64,000 nt of DNA from Neoechinorhynchus agilis (GCA_051530055.1 CM121341.1:7294784-7358783), one strand, 5' to 3'; shown: positions 25,766 to 38,235, counted from the stretch's first letter. Translations and numbers: made by a program. The notes: generated by a model from the letters alone, not told the origin.

Positions 25766-26486
25766 GCGAAAATGAATTGTGTTATGTTATTGGTGGTCTT
25801 AATTAGCAGTTGCGCAATAGGAAAAATTCACATATAGCCGTATTAATTACAGTTTCTAAGAATAATCTTGCAGATAAAGTGTCAAAATAGTCTAATTTGA
25901 TTTCTGTTTTTTGGCATTCTGTTCCTTTCGTTAAACTGCAGTTTCGCCCTCTAAGCTTTCAATTTTTTTCATCTCACGCCCGCTCTATTGTAAAAAACAA
26001 TGAAGTTCATTATGCATCCATAAAAAAATTTGAATGGTTACTCTTTCAACTTTGCGACTTTTCTTGCACTTCAATTCATAAAAGTGGAAATCGAATCAGC
26101 GTACTTTTGTTCAAGGTGATTTACATTGTTTCCATTTAAGCGTAAGAAGTACCTATTAAGGGTCATTAAATTTAATGCTTAGTGTGCTTTGATCCTAAGT
26201 GCTGAGTTTTCATATTAAAAAATTAGATCGAATTGGTTTTCTTTAATCGGAAATTTTTTTGCAGTCAGAAGCATGAAACTTCAAAGCTTATAAAATAAGC
26301 CAAAACTAGCCTTTTAAATGTTTTACAATTTATTAAATAGTCATTGTCTTTTGATGTTTATCCCAAATATCATAATATTCAACGAACTTAACGTGTTCAA
26401 TCGCTACAATTTCGTACGACGTTTACAATAACCATACAGGGTCCTTATTTAAGAGTTAATAATGTGGATTAAAGCGAGAAACTTTC

Positions 26487-28384
26487 GATGAACCCGAAAA
26501 TTAAAAAAGTAATCTAATGGAAGTTAACATACCGAAAGATGTGGAAAAAATGTTGGCACAAATTTTCATTTGAAATTTTAGTAAAAGATTATGATTCGTA
26601 ACGTTCGTTAATTCTACTGTTGCTTTCAGAAAATGTCTCTTTAGCTGTTATCTTTATTGGTTTATTCTTACACTTTAAACGTATCCATTTTAGTGGTAGT
26701 TGGTGTTTTAACTATTTTAATTGTTTGATTTTCTTCTGCCATAGAAAAAATTGTTGTTTTGTCTAGAGTGGATCTTTAGTTTTGTTGATTGCGGTTCCGT
26801 TTTCCAGAAGATTAAAGGCAAAAAAAGGTTGTTTGGTGGATAATTCTCTATTTTGTATTGTCTTTTAGTCTATTCTTTAAAGATTATTTTTGAGATAAAA
26901 GATTTTAGATTTGTGGCTATGGGTAAGCGCTCGGCAGCTCGGCACTCTCTCTGCTCCAGGATCTCTCGAAGAAATTGAGAGAGGCAACCGGAGACTCAAG
27001 AGCAGGCGTATTCCTTCGACAAAATATCTCGCTAGCAGTACAACGGGCAATACTGCCAGCGTGATGGCGACGGTCAAGGAAGGACAAAAGCTGGAATTCG
27101 GCGGAGAAATGAAGATTAATAAAAGTATTGCTCCTGCAAAAAAGTACAATTTTTTTTGATTAAATTTTATTGGCCACCGGCGTTGTCCGAAGAGTTTAAT
27201 GAACAGTTTATAATCAGTATTCTATTATTGAATCATTATAAAAAAACTGCGCAAAATGAAGATATTTCAACTTTTACTCATTCGGCATTACCATCAACGG
27301 ACACTTCTTTACTGTCTTCGATTTCGTTTGATGATCACGATTAAAGCGCTAACGGCGAATGCAAAATCCTTCTTGTAAACTTGAATTTCGTTCAGTATTA
27401 ATTAACAATTGATAAACCTAATTATTGGCATATCTCTATCGGATTTTCGTCTTCTCCATTATCCCGAACACAATTATTTTTCATGTTCATAAGGAAAACT
27501 TTAGTTCGCATTGAGTTATTTTATTTAAAATACAATATTAAGCAAATAAAGGCACTTTTCGATAGTTAATAAGCAGGAAAAAAGCAGATACTTGTCATCG
27601 ATATTCCATTTTTGTTGATCATCATCACTAGTAGATTTGTTTACTAGTAGATTTCGGGTTTGTTTAATCTCGTGGTCATGTGCTATCGTCTTCTTCTTAA
27701 GTGCCTTTTCTATTTCTGATAAGTTGGAATTTAGTCACTTGAAAAGATTTAATGAGATTTGGAGTTGTTATTTTTTGGTTTTCTGTTTATCAATTTTTTG
27801 GATAAAACAAATTTTGAGGAAGTTGATTCTTTAAGTACTCTCTCTATTAAGCCGGAATGGCATTTTTTATATGTTTTTTGTATTTTAAGTTCAGCTGAGA
27901 GTAAATTTTATTAGTTATTTAAATATTGGGAGCAGTGGGGGTTTTATCTCTTTTTAGTTTATATGGTTTATTGGGTTTTTAAAATTTATTAATAGTGGTA
28001 AGATTTGATATGTTAATCTTTTTGGGTGGAAAGTCAGTTGAGCTGGTGCAAGTTTTTATTTTGGCATGATTTTTAGTGGGTAAATAAATAGAAGATTAGG
28101 TTATTAGTCCGATTTTGTTGAGAGTTATTTTTTACTTTAATGGATATTTGTAAGAATCCCAATAAAATATTCATTTGGGTGTTATTCAGCCTTTGATCGA
28201 TTTGGTTATTTTTACTTGTTTCATCTAATTTTTTTCTGTTCTCCTTGAGTTGTGTTGATAGTTTTTCTTGGTTATTTAGAGGGGTATTTGCTTCAGGTTT
28301 AGAGTTACGGGGATGGTTATTTATGAGTTAAATATTGATTTATTATTGGTTATATTTGTGTTTGCTACTGTTAGCGTTTTTCGG
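26487..28384 (-). repeat. Inverted segmental duplication, copy 2: HGH1 3' fragment, intergenic DNA and a truncated cob NUMT, with a 218-bp extra segment
   Basis: Reverse-complement match to 388-2092; IKPEWH at 27846-27863 on the plus strand; extra segment at 26925-27142. Confidence 0.95.
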
Positions 28385-28409
28385 AGCAAAGATGTTTCCT
28401 GTTGACAGT

Positions 28410-28931
28410 TCATGGATTTGCCGATAAAGTCGGCACGTATTTGTCGATTTCGGTCAATGACTCTTCCATTCTTTCAATTTCAAAACTTCCTTTCGTTCGA
28501 ATCGGCTGTTTCATAGAACATTCGAACTTTCTTGCAACAACATTCATTTTTATTTCACTTAATTGTTCCAGATGATCCTCATTGTCCATGGGATAATCTG
28601 AATATGGACAATGGGGCCGAAAATACTTTTCTAAGTTTTTGATTCCTGTGCCGGAGCAAAATTCGTGAACGTTTATTGTTGTTTTATTATCATAAAAGGA
28701 CGAAAGCTCGTTTAAAAAATCAGTCAAATAATCGAGGAAAATTGAATTGTCATCAATAATGTCAGCATTGAATCCATGGAAAGTTCTAAGCTCTGTAGCA
28801 TTGTTCGCGATACCAATCAATATTATTAGTTTCTGTTGTTCGAAGCTCAAGACCGACAGATTCTCCTCGCATTTTCTCCTGATTCTCTGGATTTCGTCCA
28901 AAATACTCACGAGATCTACACAGTTTACCAA
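28410..28931 (-). CDS. Orphan protein, member 2 of the local paralog family
   Basis: 173-aa ORF; EQQKLIILI...SIFLDYLTDFLNELSSFYD...FCSGTGIKNLEKYFRP aligns by eye with 24806-25765. Confidence 0.7.
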   Translation of the reverse strand: MVNCVDLVSILDEIQRIRRKCEENLSVLSFEQQKLIILIGIANNATELRTFHGFNADIIDDNSIFLDYLTDFLNELSSFYDNKTTINVHEFCSGTGIKNLEKYFRPHCPYSDYPMDNEDHLEQLSEIKMNVVARKFECSMKQPIRTKGSFEIERMEESLTEIDKYVPTLSANP

Positions 28932-30210
28932 AATCTTGTCTACTTCTTAATTTCTCTTTTGTGCAAAATAATCGGTCATTTTTTTATTAATTTTTCGAGT
29001 GTACTCAAAATCGTTCATTGCAAATAAATTTAAATGGCGGAACAATTAGCCTTTCCAATTTCAATTTGCGACTTGTAATGCGAATTGACTTTCGAAAATC
29101 TTGAAATGTTTTGTTTGACTGAAATGATGAAAGTTTTTGTGAGTGCGAAGATGTTAATGACTAGATTTTCGTATATTTGTAAAAATTATTTATACTTTAG
29201 AGTGGAGAGTATGGCAAAATTATCGAATACATCCTTTAATCTTTTAATGTTTGTTTTTGTCGTTTTAATAAAAGTAAATTTTTCTTGATAGTTCTAGACT
29301 TCGTCTTCATAGCTAAATACATAAATTATGGAGAATTCTCACGCTTTAAGTCGAGTTGTTTAAATCTTGCAATCTTTCTGCAACTTATGCCTTCGGAAAA
29401 CATTGGTTCAGATTGTTAAAATTAAATGTATTCTTTTTTTTGGAATTATTCGTTTAATGAATCGAACGCATTTTTTCTTTAGTAGTCTAGAATCGAATTA
29501 TGAATTACATTTCGGGTTATTCGGCGTTCCTTTTAAAACTCTCAATATTTCCAATTTTTTTATTTCGGTACATGGTTAAAAATTTATAAATCATCTTTCA
29601 GCACAAGAAACTTTAGAAATGAACATTTGGCTCGTTCGCAAGCATTTTAGTTATAACATTTACTTTAAGTGGTGAAATCAAGATCAGAAATAAGTTTGCG
29701 ATCTGTAAAACTTTTACCACTGCAAACGCAGTCAAAGATTATTAATCGCATTAAATCTGGTTGGTTATTCGCCAAGCTCTCATTGACGAATAACACGATG
29801 CATAAACAGAATAATAAAAGAATGGAATTGAATTATACAGGATTCACTACTAAGTCCTCGCATTTCAAGGCATGAAATTTTGAAAATAATTGGCACTTAT
29901 CAAAGAGCTTGCGAGTAGTTCGACATTTTTATCGTCTTTGAATTGACTTGAAGCACTAATATGAGGCCAATTAAGAGCATGGCTGGCTGTTTTAAATTTT
30001 GAACAATCTTAATTTACCTTTAGCCTGCTGTGAGACCGCTTGATCCAAATCTTTTCCCAACAATTAAGCTTTCTCACCCATGGGAAATTAAACTCTATTT
30101 TTTAAACGGTTTTGTAAATTATTTAAAATGATTTATTCACAATTTTGTTAACAAATATAAGGTCAACCGATAATAAACTGATCTCTATAATTGGATAATT
30201 TGGACAAAAA

Positions 30211-31039
30211 TCACTCGAACTCCCAATAGCAACGAATTGAGTTTTCATCAAAAATGTTTTGTAGACCTAAAGAAATCAACATGTTTATGAACACAATGAG
30301 ACAGAAAAACTTACATTCTGCGAACTCTTGCATATGGATCCATGGGAGTTCATACCAATCTAAGAAGCGATTAAGTTGACAAAACATATCTCTGTGCATT
30401 AAATATGGTATTTCAGTAAGCCGTTTTAGCCAGTATCGGATTTCAAGATTTCCGATTGGTAATTGGGGAGGTGGCATAGTCATGTGTTCTTCGCGGACTT
30501 TGTAGTATTCGTCGAGGGTTTTTGTTATGCTTTGGAACTAAAATCAAAATATTGAATTTTGTTTCGGATTCATGTTTAAAGTTTACCATACTAAAGAACT
30601 CCTCATTACCACTCAGGACATCAGATTCCGAACGTGCTTTGATGAGCATCTTTTTGAGCTTTTCACACAATTTATAGACCTACAAAACGATGTTTTTGGA
30701 AATACAGTAATTGCTAGATTAAAAAAATCAAACCTTGATAAATGGTGCCAACTCATGAAGACCGGCATTAATAAGAAAATTGTTCCCATCGAAATATTTT
30801 GTCATGTGTCGCAACAGTTGGTCCGCACAGATAAATATTTCATTTGCAGTTTCTGATACGATGAAAATCAGCGTTGTCAAAATACATTCGTAACTCTCGA
30901 TTTCTTGTATTGTTAATTCGGGATCGTATGACATATCGAATTGCTCTTTCATCGATTCATTGCGTTCAGGCGAAGGTCGTTGCTTGGACTTTCGCTCAGG
31001 AGAAAGCATGTTCTTTATTTTGTTAAAGAAGTTTGGCAT
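30211..31039 (-). CDS. Multi-exon orphan protein; the first exon may be a distant third family member
   Basis: Exons joined by GT-AG introns (IK|VYKLCEK; SM|FQSITK; AE|gtaag). FLINAGLHELAPFIK resembles FCTEIGIERLRPYFK. The 3' end is not resolved. Confidence 0.55.
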
Positions 31040-32112
31040 GTTTAAGCTATAACAAGTATAAATCTAACAAAAGAGCTAGTTCGTATAATATAGAACGTTT
31101 TTGAACCAAGGGGATAGCTGCAGGAAATTGTAATTATGATTACTATCTGTATTCTGATTGGCTATAATATTTTTTCGTGCAAGAATCCTAATTACGTTAA
31201 TGTTGGAAATTAAATAATTTTTATTTAGTGAAACAATTTTTTAGACATTCTAAAGTCTTTTGGAGAAGAGAGTTAAATAAATGAGCGCAATTGATTTGAA
31301 ACGACAGGCGGCTCCGTTTTTCCCTCGAATCTATATAAAATATTTTACGAAGGCCATGTGACGGCTGGCGTATATTTCATAAATCGTGATTCATATGGAA
31401 GCAATGATGTCTTAATAATAATAATTGAAACCAACTGGCTGTTGCGAGATATATCGTAATTAGTTCGGTCGGCGATTCTAATCGTCAAAACTAATTTTTA
31501 ACAATAAAACATTTATGCAATTATGTTTAAATTAGGTTGGAAAATAAGATCAACGAAGCAGATAAGCATTTTGTTTTAATTATATACTTGATGTCAAATT
31601 ATTGGATTTCTCAGCTACAAGTGGATAAGATGAATTCACAAATAGCGTTGAATAATTTTTCTTCGCTGTAAAATGATTATCCATGACCAACTTGTTTCTA
31701 GACTTGAACCTAAAAAGAAAGTGTGATTTAATTCAATTCACACTTTATTTGGTCTTGGGTAGAAGGACATTTTTATTTGAATAAAAGTGCTCATCATGAA
31801 AACGAAAGATTAATCGCAATTTGAGAGAAAAATCCTTTGGAATGATAGAGTTGTAGGCGAGGCTCTCTCGCGAAATATTCCATTTCAATAAAATGTGTAA
31901 TATCCGGTTATATTCGGAATGAGACAACAGGCCACCAAGATTCTTTACTATTCGATTGGTTTAAATGGGGTGTGTGTCGAAATGGCGACAAGAAAACTTC
32001 AGAAAATGGCCAAAAGAAATCGGATTGGAACATATCCTTCATTGAGAGAAGGCTTACGATTTTCTTAAAGGCCAACTCTTCGATGTTTCCCGATCATTAC
32101 TAATTACGAGCT

Positions 32113-32370
32113 CGTCGAATGCATTCGGCAATTGAATGAACGCTGTTCCGATCAGCATCATGGGCTCGATAACGAAACAACGAGGATCGTCGTTCCGATG
32201 TGGCTCCAATTTTGATGAGTAGGGACCATATAATTTGATGTGCAAACGGTCCAGTGGCCGTTAGTGAATAACATCATCAAGTCCGGACATCTATTCGATT
32301 CTGATGGCAAGCGACCGGATGGAATTATTAGCTTGACGGCAAAGAAAATGACTACAGGCGCGATCCGATA
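32113..32370 (+). mobile_element. Degenerate CRE-like (RLE-type) non-LTR retrotransposon fragment
   Basis: G N*(W)MNAVP...CGSNFDE*G...LMCKRSSGR...SDGKRPDG: zinc-knuckle remnant and restriction-like endonuclease motif. Confidence 0.55.
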
Positions 32371-32559
32371 ATTCATGTGGCATCTAAAGGGAATGCGTTA
32401 ACAATAATATACGATATTCGATTCCGAAATGACAGTGCGTGAATATAAAAGATAAATGCCACAAGTCCCTCACCTCAAAACTTAATTTCGCTCTCCAGAT
32501 CGCATGAAAACCCATGAACCGTCCAAGATTCCTTGAGTTTTATTCACCAAATGTCGAAA

Positions 32560-32760
32560 TATCCACTGTCTCCTTCTCACCCGCTCACGCATTTCTCTCT
32601 CTCTCGAGAGGTTGCGGTTCCCTCGACAACCAATTTATCCTGTTTGATGCAATCTAACCATCGTTCCCTCGGCCTTCCTCGTTGGCGATTATTCTTAGGT
32701 AAATTGTGTAGACTAATTTCTTTAGCCGATACCGAGCATGCCTTGATGATTTAACACAAG
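32560..32760 (-). mobile_element. RTE-like LINE 3' fragment
   Basis: NRQRGRPRERWLDCIKQD matches the RxRGRPxxRWxDxIxxD C-terminal motif of RTE-clade ORFs. Confidence 0.5.
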
Positions 32761-33829
32761 CTCCGGACAAGAAGCTTGCGCGTCGCATATAGGGGAAGCC
32801 TTAGTTCTTTGGTTGATTCGGTTGTTGGTTGTCATTTGGGTCAAAATTTGGCAAGAATTTTACAACCGAATGCCCTTCGTGACACCAACACTGCTCCTTT
32901 CTCAGCCGGATTTTGACCGTTCTTGGCGGAGTTTCGAAATATCCACTGCCCAGCATTAAATATACAGCGGAGTTTCCACATCAAATTACTAATCAAGGTG
33001 ATTTACGAGCAATAATGGTGAATACGAATGAGTTTAGAATCGTTTTGTGGAATATTCCTAACTGCAGAGGAACGATTTATCAGTCGCGAATCTTGAAGTA
33101 TTGAAATCAGTAGGCTATTGAACATGAAAGATCGAGTGAAGATTAAGGTCAGCAAATATGACACAAAGACGTTAGATCCATCCAAAGCTTCCCTGCCTTG
33201 TCATTGAATGAAGATGGAAACGGAGCTGCGTTCTAAATGGCAAGAAACCTGATTGAAGAAATAATATACAGATAAATGAAATTTGCAAGACTTTTCAAAT
33301 AAAATAACCGTTTTTGAAGTTAGCCAGTAAGCTATTTAGTATGAAAGATCGAGAGAGAGAAGATTGCCGCGAGTTACCGATTCCGAAAATGTATGCACGA
33401 ATTGTTTTTTAAAAGAATTTAAAAGGGGCTCTCTAAATCAATACTAATATGATGTTTAAAGGATTTTTATTTAACGACAATCTGAACCCTCGGAGTGAAT
33501 TTTTAAGTTTATTTTTGGTATTGGAGACCTCGGTAATAGAGTATGGATGGCACCTACAATAAAATGATTTTAATGGGGCGATTCACCACACACAAGTCAA
33601 AATTTACTTTCCCGGTATGGATTTTTCTCGATATGCTTTCAATATGTGGGGAAAATATGATTAGAAGAATTAATGTTTAGAGGTTTTCACCTGTTAAATA
33701 ATTTTTTTTTCGATTAAAGATGTTTTGAACTTCGTCGAGTTCATTATCATCAGTTGATTAGTGGAACTAAAAATTATGAAAAATTACAAGTTTTGGAAGG
33801 TAATGTTCTGTGGAGCTGCGGTTTTCCTC

Positions 33830-34390
33830 ACGCTTTCTCAGCATTCCCTCGTTGTTCTAAGGAATGCTGTCGCACGCGGGTCCCTTTTTATCGCCATCGA
33901 CCTCTTTGCTATATCTGAAACCAGCTGAAATGCAGATTCTCCGAGGGCCCCGAACGTTTCGATCTCGAAAGGCACAAAATGAAAGCTCGCCTTCCGCTCA
34001 ACGTTGCCGCTTACCGACGCTCCGCTGCACTCGCTACAGCACCGGAGCCTCTACTGGCTAAATCAGCGAAGGACTTGGCCATGGTGTCCCATAAGAAGCA
34101 CTTCGCTCGGCTTCAAGGGAAGATGGACACATCATCTGGGCGCTTACCATCAGACCTGCGCAAATTGCTCGGCTCCAAGATGTTTGGAATACTCAGGATC
34201 GCTTTGATTTCGGCATTTCTAGGCGACCGTCCGACTGACTGAATGCACATGATAAAGCATTTAATCCTTTGGCGTCCACTTGCAAGTCGCAGCGACATTC
34301 GCGTCTCAAAGAGAAAGCTATCCGGAATGTTTCGTTGTCCAAAAGAGTCCGGCCAGGCGCCGGACTCCTTCGTCGAACAAGCCATGAATC
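33830..34390 (-). mobile_element. CRE-like non-LTR retrotransposon 3' fragment (pseudogenised)
   Basis: ESGAW...SLRLA...C.QSVGR...LEPSNLRRSDGKRPDDVSIFP*...LWDT...AASAAERR*...FHFVPFEIETFGALG...DPRATAFL...QRGNA, with stops and frameshifts. Confidence 0.85.
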
Positions 34391-34662
34391 ACGAACCTGA
34401 CCTCTCGTCCAATTGGTCTAGAAGTGATTTGTGAACCTTCAAAAATGTTTTCAATAGTTTTAACCACAAACGAGGAAGAAACGTCGATATGATACGTCAC
34501 CACTATCAATCACGTGTATCGATGTTTAATAGAAAATGCGACGCTGGTGAAAATCAACGTTTTTCGGTTTTAATGCGCATGTTGGACTAGATCTCGGGTT
34601 TAGTTTATAAAATAAATTTTTTTAATAGCAAGCATACATAATTTATAGTTTCTTCAACGCTC

Positions 34663-34811
34663 CTATTCATCGGCGCTGCCCCGCTGCACCGCAATGCTTA
34701 TTTCTTGCGCCAAGAACGACGTCGATCTTGGCTCTCCAGTCGCCGCGTTGATTCGTTTCCCCGAGCCCTTCACGAGAAGGGCCAGTGCCGACCCTCCCAA
34801 GGCCCCATACG
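34663..34811 (-). mobile_element. Second CRE-like 3' terminal fragment
   Basis: YGALGGSALALL...GKRINAATGEPRSTSFLAQEISIAVQRGSA. Confidence 0.8.
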
Positions 34812-35062
34812 TTTAATCTTTATAAGAAAATTGGAATAAAACTTAGTAAAAATTTAAGTAGCCTTTCGTCGCCCTTCTTGGAGATAAGAACAATGGGATT
34901 TTTGTAAAATATCCATGAATAGCCGCAATAAAGCATAAGTGATAAAAACATTTTGGTGGAAAACCGCCCATCGAATTTTGTAAAAAACGCCTCCGCATAA
35001 ATTTATAATTTTTCGTCCAAATACCGGTTCCATTGTCAATTTCGTGATTGAGAAACCTCGAG

Positions 35063-35752
35063 ATGTCAAATCTCTACAATCAAACACCACCCATTCGACC
35101 AAATCCACCACCGGCGACAACGAATGAACAAATCCAACGGGTATTTTTAAAGTTCCTATTCGGTTTATAGAATTGAAAAGCGTTTTTGTTTGTTTAGATA
35201 CTCGAGGAGAACAACTGTATGATCCAAACAATAGTAGATTTACAGGATAAAGGAAGACATCAAGAGTCCATGGAATACCTGCGCACTCTTCATCGAAACT
35301 TGGCCTATCTTATTCAGACCTGCGGGGTACAAATGCAAGGACCACTTCCGGATCCGGATACTCCTTCCGTGCTTTATAGTAACGAACAAGCACCGTCACA
35401 ATCAATGTATTACTCTCAACAATCATTGGATTATGGCGGTGGCGAAGAACCACCTCCTAATGTCATTGCACCTTTCGATTCAATGCAACCGCCGCCATCA
35501 CAACAACAACAACAACAAATGAGTTATAATCAACAACCTCCGCTGGTACGAATAGAACAATCGATTGCTGCGAACTTAGAAGATGCATCAAGAAAGGAAA
35601 AGAACGATCAGAAAACGAACGATCCGAACGAGCAACAAATGGAGCGCGTTGATTATGGTGAAGACGACGAAGATGAGGAGGAAGAAGAAGAGGGCGGAGA
35701 AGATGATGGTTCTGAATTCGAAGAAGGGAGCTGTGGAGATGATGACTCCTGA
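35063..35752 (+). CDS. SS18: SS18/SSXT-domain protein (SS18 family)
   Basis: MSNLYNQ...EQIQR|ILEENNCMIQTIVDLQDKGRHQESMEYLRTLHRNLAYL matches the SSXT N-terminal domain; GT-AG intron 35141-35197; Q/P-rich then acidic tail. Confidence 0.85.
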
Positions 35753-36065
35753 AAAGCAAATTTAGTAATAAAAATGGATAATCTTGTTTGACTTGATGAG
35801 GAATTTGTTTCATAAAATCAGGTTTTCGAAAATAAACACTTGGGATGTTGTAATGATAAAATCTTTATTCCGAGAGCGTTAGCCGTCTTATGGCTTTTTC
35901 ATGGAGATGTGAAGTGTGTGTTAAAGTAGCGACATTGAAGTGTAGAAAGTTCATTCATTTTGTTGAGCAGTTCTGGGGGCTTTGTCGAGCTGACGACCGG
36001 AGCTCCCCCTCGCATTGTCCGCGAATCAATTTCTGACCAACAAATGCACTTTTGATTATCATCGA

Positions 36066-38235
36066 TTATGACACGGATGGGGGGAAGATAGCGCTAGAAT
36101 CTGTCAAGAGGCATATCATGCTCTTTATTGGCAATCCACGCCCAAAGGACGCTAAGGATACTATTGCAGAAACCATATATGCCAAAAATCGATGAATCAA
36201 AAAAGAGATGAAAATACTTCGCTGTAAACCCCTAAATCTCACTTCCTTGTCGATATAAATCCTTCTGCCTCTGAAGATTACATACAACCTGACGATTTTA
36301 CTTGGTTTAAAGTACGAAAAGCTGGAGATATTTCTGCAGAAAAAGGAAACATCTTGCTGCTCTAGGGCGAATCGTAGAACGAAACCTTTTGCAACTGCAT
36401 GGCCACGAAGCCACGAATATCCGCCGGAAACTACAAATCCGACGACTTTCTGTTCTCCATCGTCCAATAGGTCCTTTCGGAGAATCTTGCACCTTTGCTC
36501 GGTGTTCTGACCAGTTTCCTTACTTGAGCTTATTTTCGTTGCAGCTCTCGGTAATGGAACACATTCAGTAGTAGAAGCAACTATCAAACAATTATCCTTT
36601 GGTCTGCCTCCTTTTGCAAATTCGAGGAACAAAGGACATAGATCCATGGAATCCGAAGAAGCTTTTTCTCCTAGTGTCAGTGTCCATTCGGACTGTAGTC
36701 TGCGCCAATCACATTTGAAAGGGCACTTAATCGAATACGTATTGATTTTGATTCTCCTATTAGGGAGGAGAATCCAAATCTTTAAAGAAGTTTGTTCGCT
36801 TTGACGGAGGTCGTTTTAAGTATTCTGTTCGTTTCTTTGCCTCTTCCTCGTTTTCAAAACTGTTGCATGCGGGCGTCAATGGATATTCTTTAGGATATAG
36901 TAGACAACCCATTTCGAGTGATAAATGTTCAAGCTCAACTTGTCCAAGAGCTCGGCAACCTGATTGCACCAGTGCATGCCAAAAAGCTCTTCCAGCAACT
37001 CGTGAACCGACGATTATGTCATAATGCGATCCCAAACGTGGATATGGGTTTAGACAACAAGGATCGAATACAGATCGATATATAAGACATAAAGGGACAG
37101 TAGCAGAGGCAAATGAAACTGTTTTGTTTGGGCGTGAAACTTTTAAATCCTTCGGAGGGCACATTAGTTGGCATATTTCTCTGGAAACGTTATTTTGAAT
37201 TGCGTTTGAACCGAACAATTCCGAGACTTTGGCCCACATAATCTCGCCATCGAATGTCATTGGAGGATTTATGTTTAAAATTGATTGAAGGATTTTCGGT
37301 GCAAGTGGACCATATATTCTGTGTGGGCGATGGTGGTCTCCTAGCCCTCATTAAAGAATTACGCCAGAATTTTAGAAACCCCTTTTTCTATCCGCTAAAA
37401 CAGACCACCAACGAGCCACTCTAAATCTGCATAAATCCTGTACGCTTCTACACATCTCATTGTTCTCTTTAAAGTCTTTAAAAGCGTTACCTGCCGGATG
37501 GGTGAATATCCAAACTGTGCATTTGCTTGGCCAAATACAAAGAGCTGGCTGTGACTTCGATGCCATCCAGACACATTTCTCTCGTCTCCCGTCCATTGAC
37601 AAAGAACCGAATCCCTTGATTGATGGTTCCAACACAAATACTTTTTGGCGGACCTCATCGCTTGTTTGTCCGGTTACTTCGATACATTTCCAATACGACA
37701 AATCCTTTTAAGAAAAGCTCTAACACCTCAAAAATCATGATTTCACTCACATGAACGCATGCCAATGATGCTAGTGATCGTACGATTTTCCTATAGCATT
37801 TATCGAATCTCTTTATTGGAACACGGACGCCCCATCGGTCTTCCATTCTGAATCGCTTAGCGTGCCAAATGTGAGTTGATAGCCAATTGTGGCGTGCACT
37901 TCGCATAATCAAATCAATCGATCGACAAAATAGCCGTCCCCGTCTTCGCCTCTGCTTTCTCCTCACTGAGCGCGAGATCGTCTTAAGCTTTAAAACCTAT
38001 AATCTCCAAACAATGATGCTGCGTAGTACACTAAGCAATCAAATACCTTTTCCGCGAAGGTCCGGACTCTTTTTGGTAGACGACGGGGATTGTATGAAGC
38101 CGCTTTTCGTCTCATATGACGAGGAACCAATTGATTTGCAGTACAGGACCGATCATGACCACTAAGGTATTGCCGAAGTGACCTTACGTGTTTTAATCGA
38201 TTGGAAAGATATCGGCTTATGTTGATTTCTAAAGG
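36066..38235 (-). CDS. POP1: RNase P/MRP subunit POP1, multi-exon; start not resolved
   Basis: QLVPRHMRRKAASYNPRRLP, WLSTHIWHAKRF, H|DLSYW, DLCRF|RIYGPL, FWHALV, RPPSKRTNFFK|YSIKCPF and GFVVSGGYSWLRGHAVAKG. Confidence 0.9.
36739..36781 (-). other. Non-canonical AG...AC hairpin intron (43 nt) in POP1
   Basis: AGATTTGGATTCTCCT-CCCTAAT-AGGAGAATCAAAATC-AATAC with a 14/15-bp stem; removal restores RPPSKRTNFFKYSIKCPF. Confidence 0.7.
37321..37422 (-). other. Non-canonical AG...AC intron (102 nt) with inverted ends in POP1
   Basis: AGAGTGGCTCGTTGGTGGTCT...AGACCACCATCGCCCACAC contains an in-frame stop; removal restores DLCRFRIYGPL. Confidence 0.7.
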
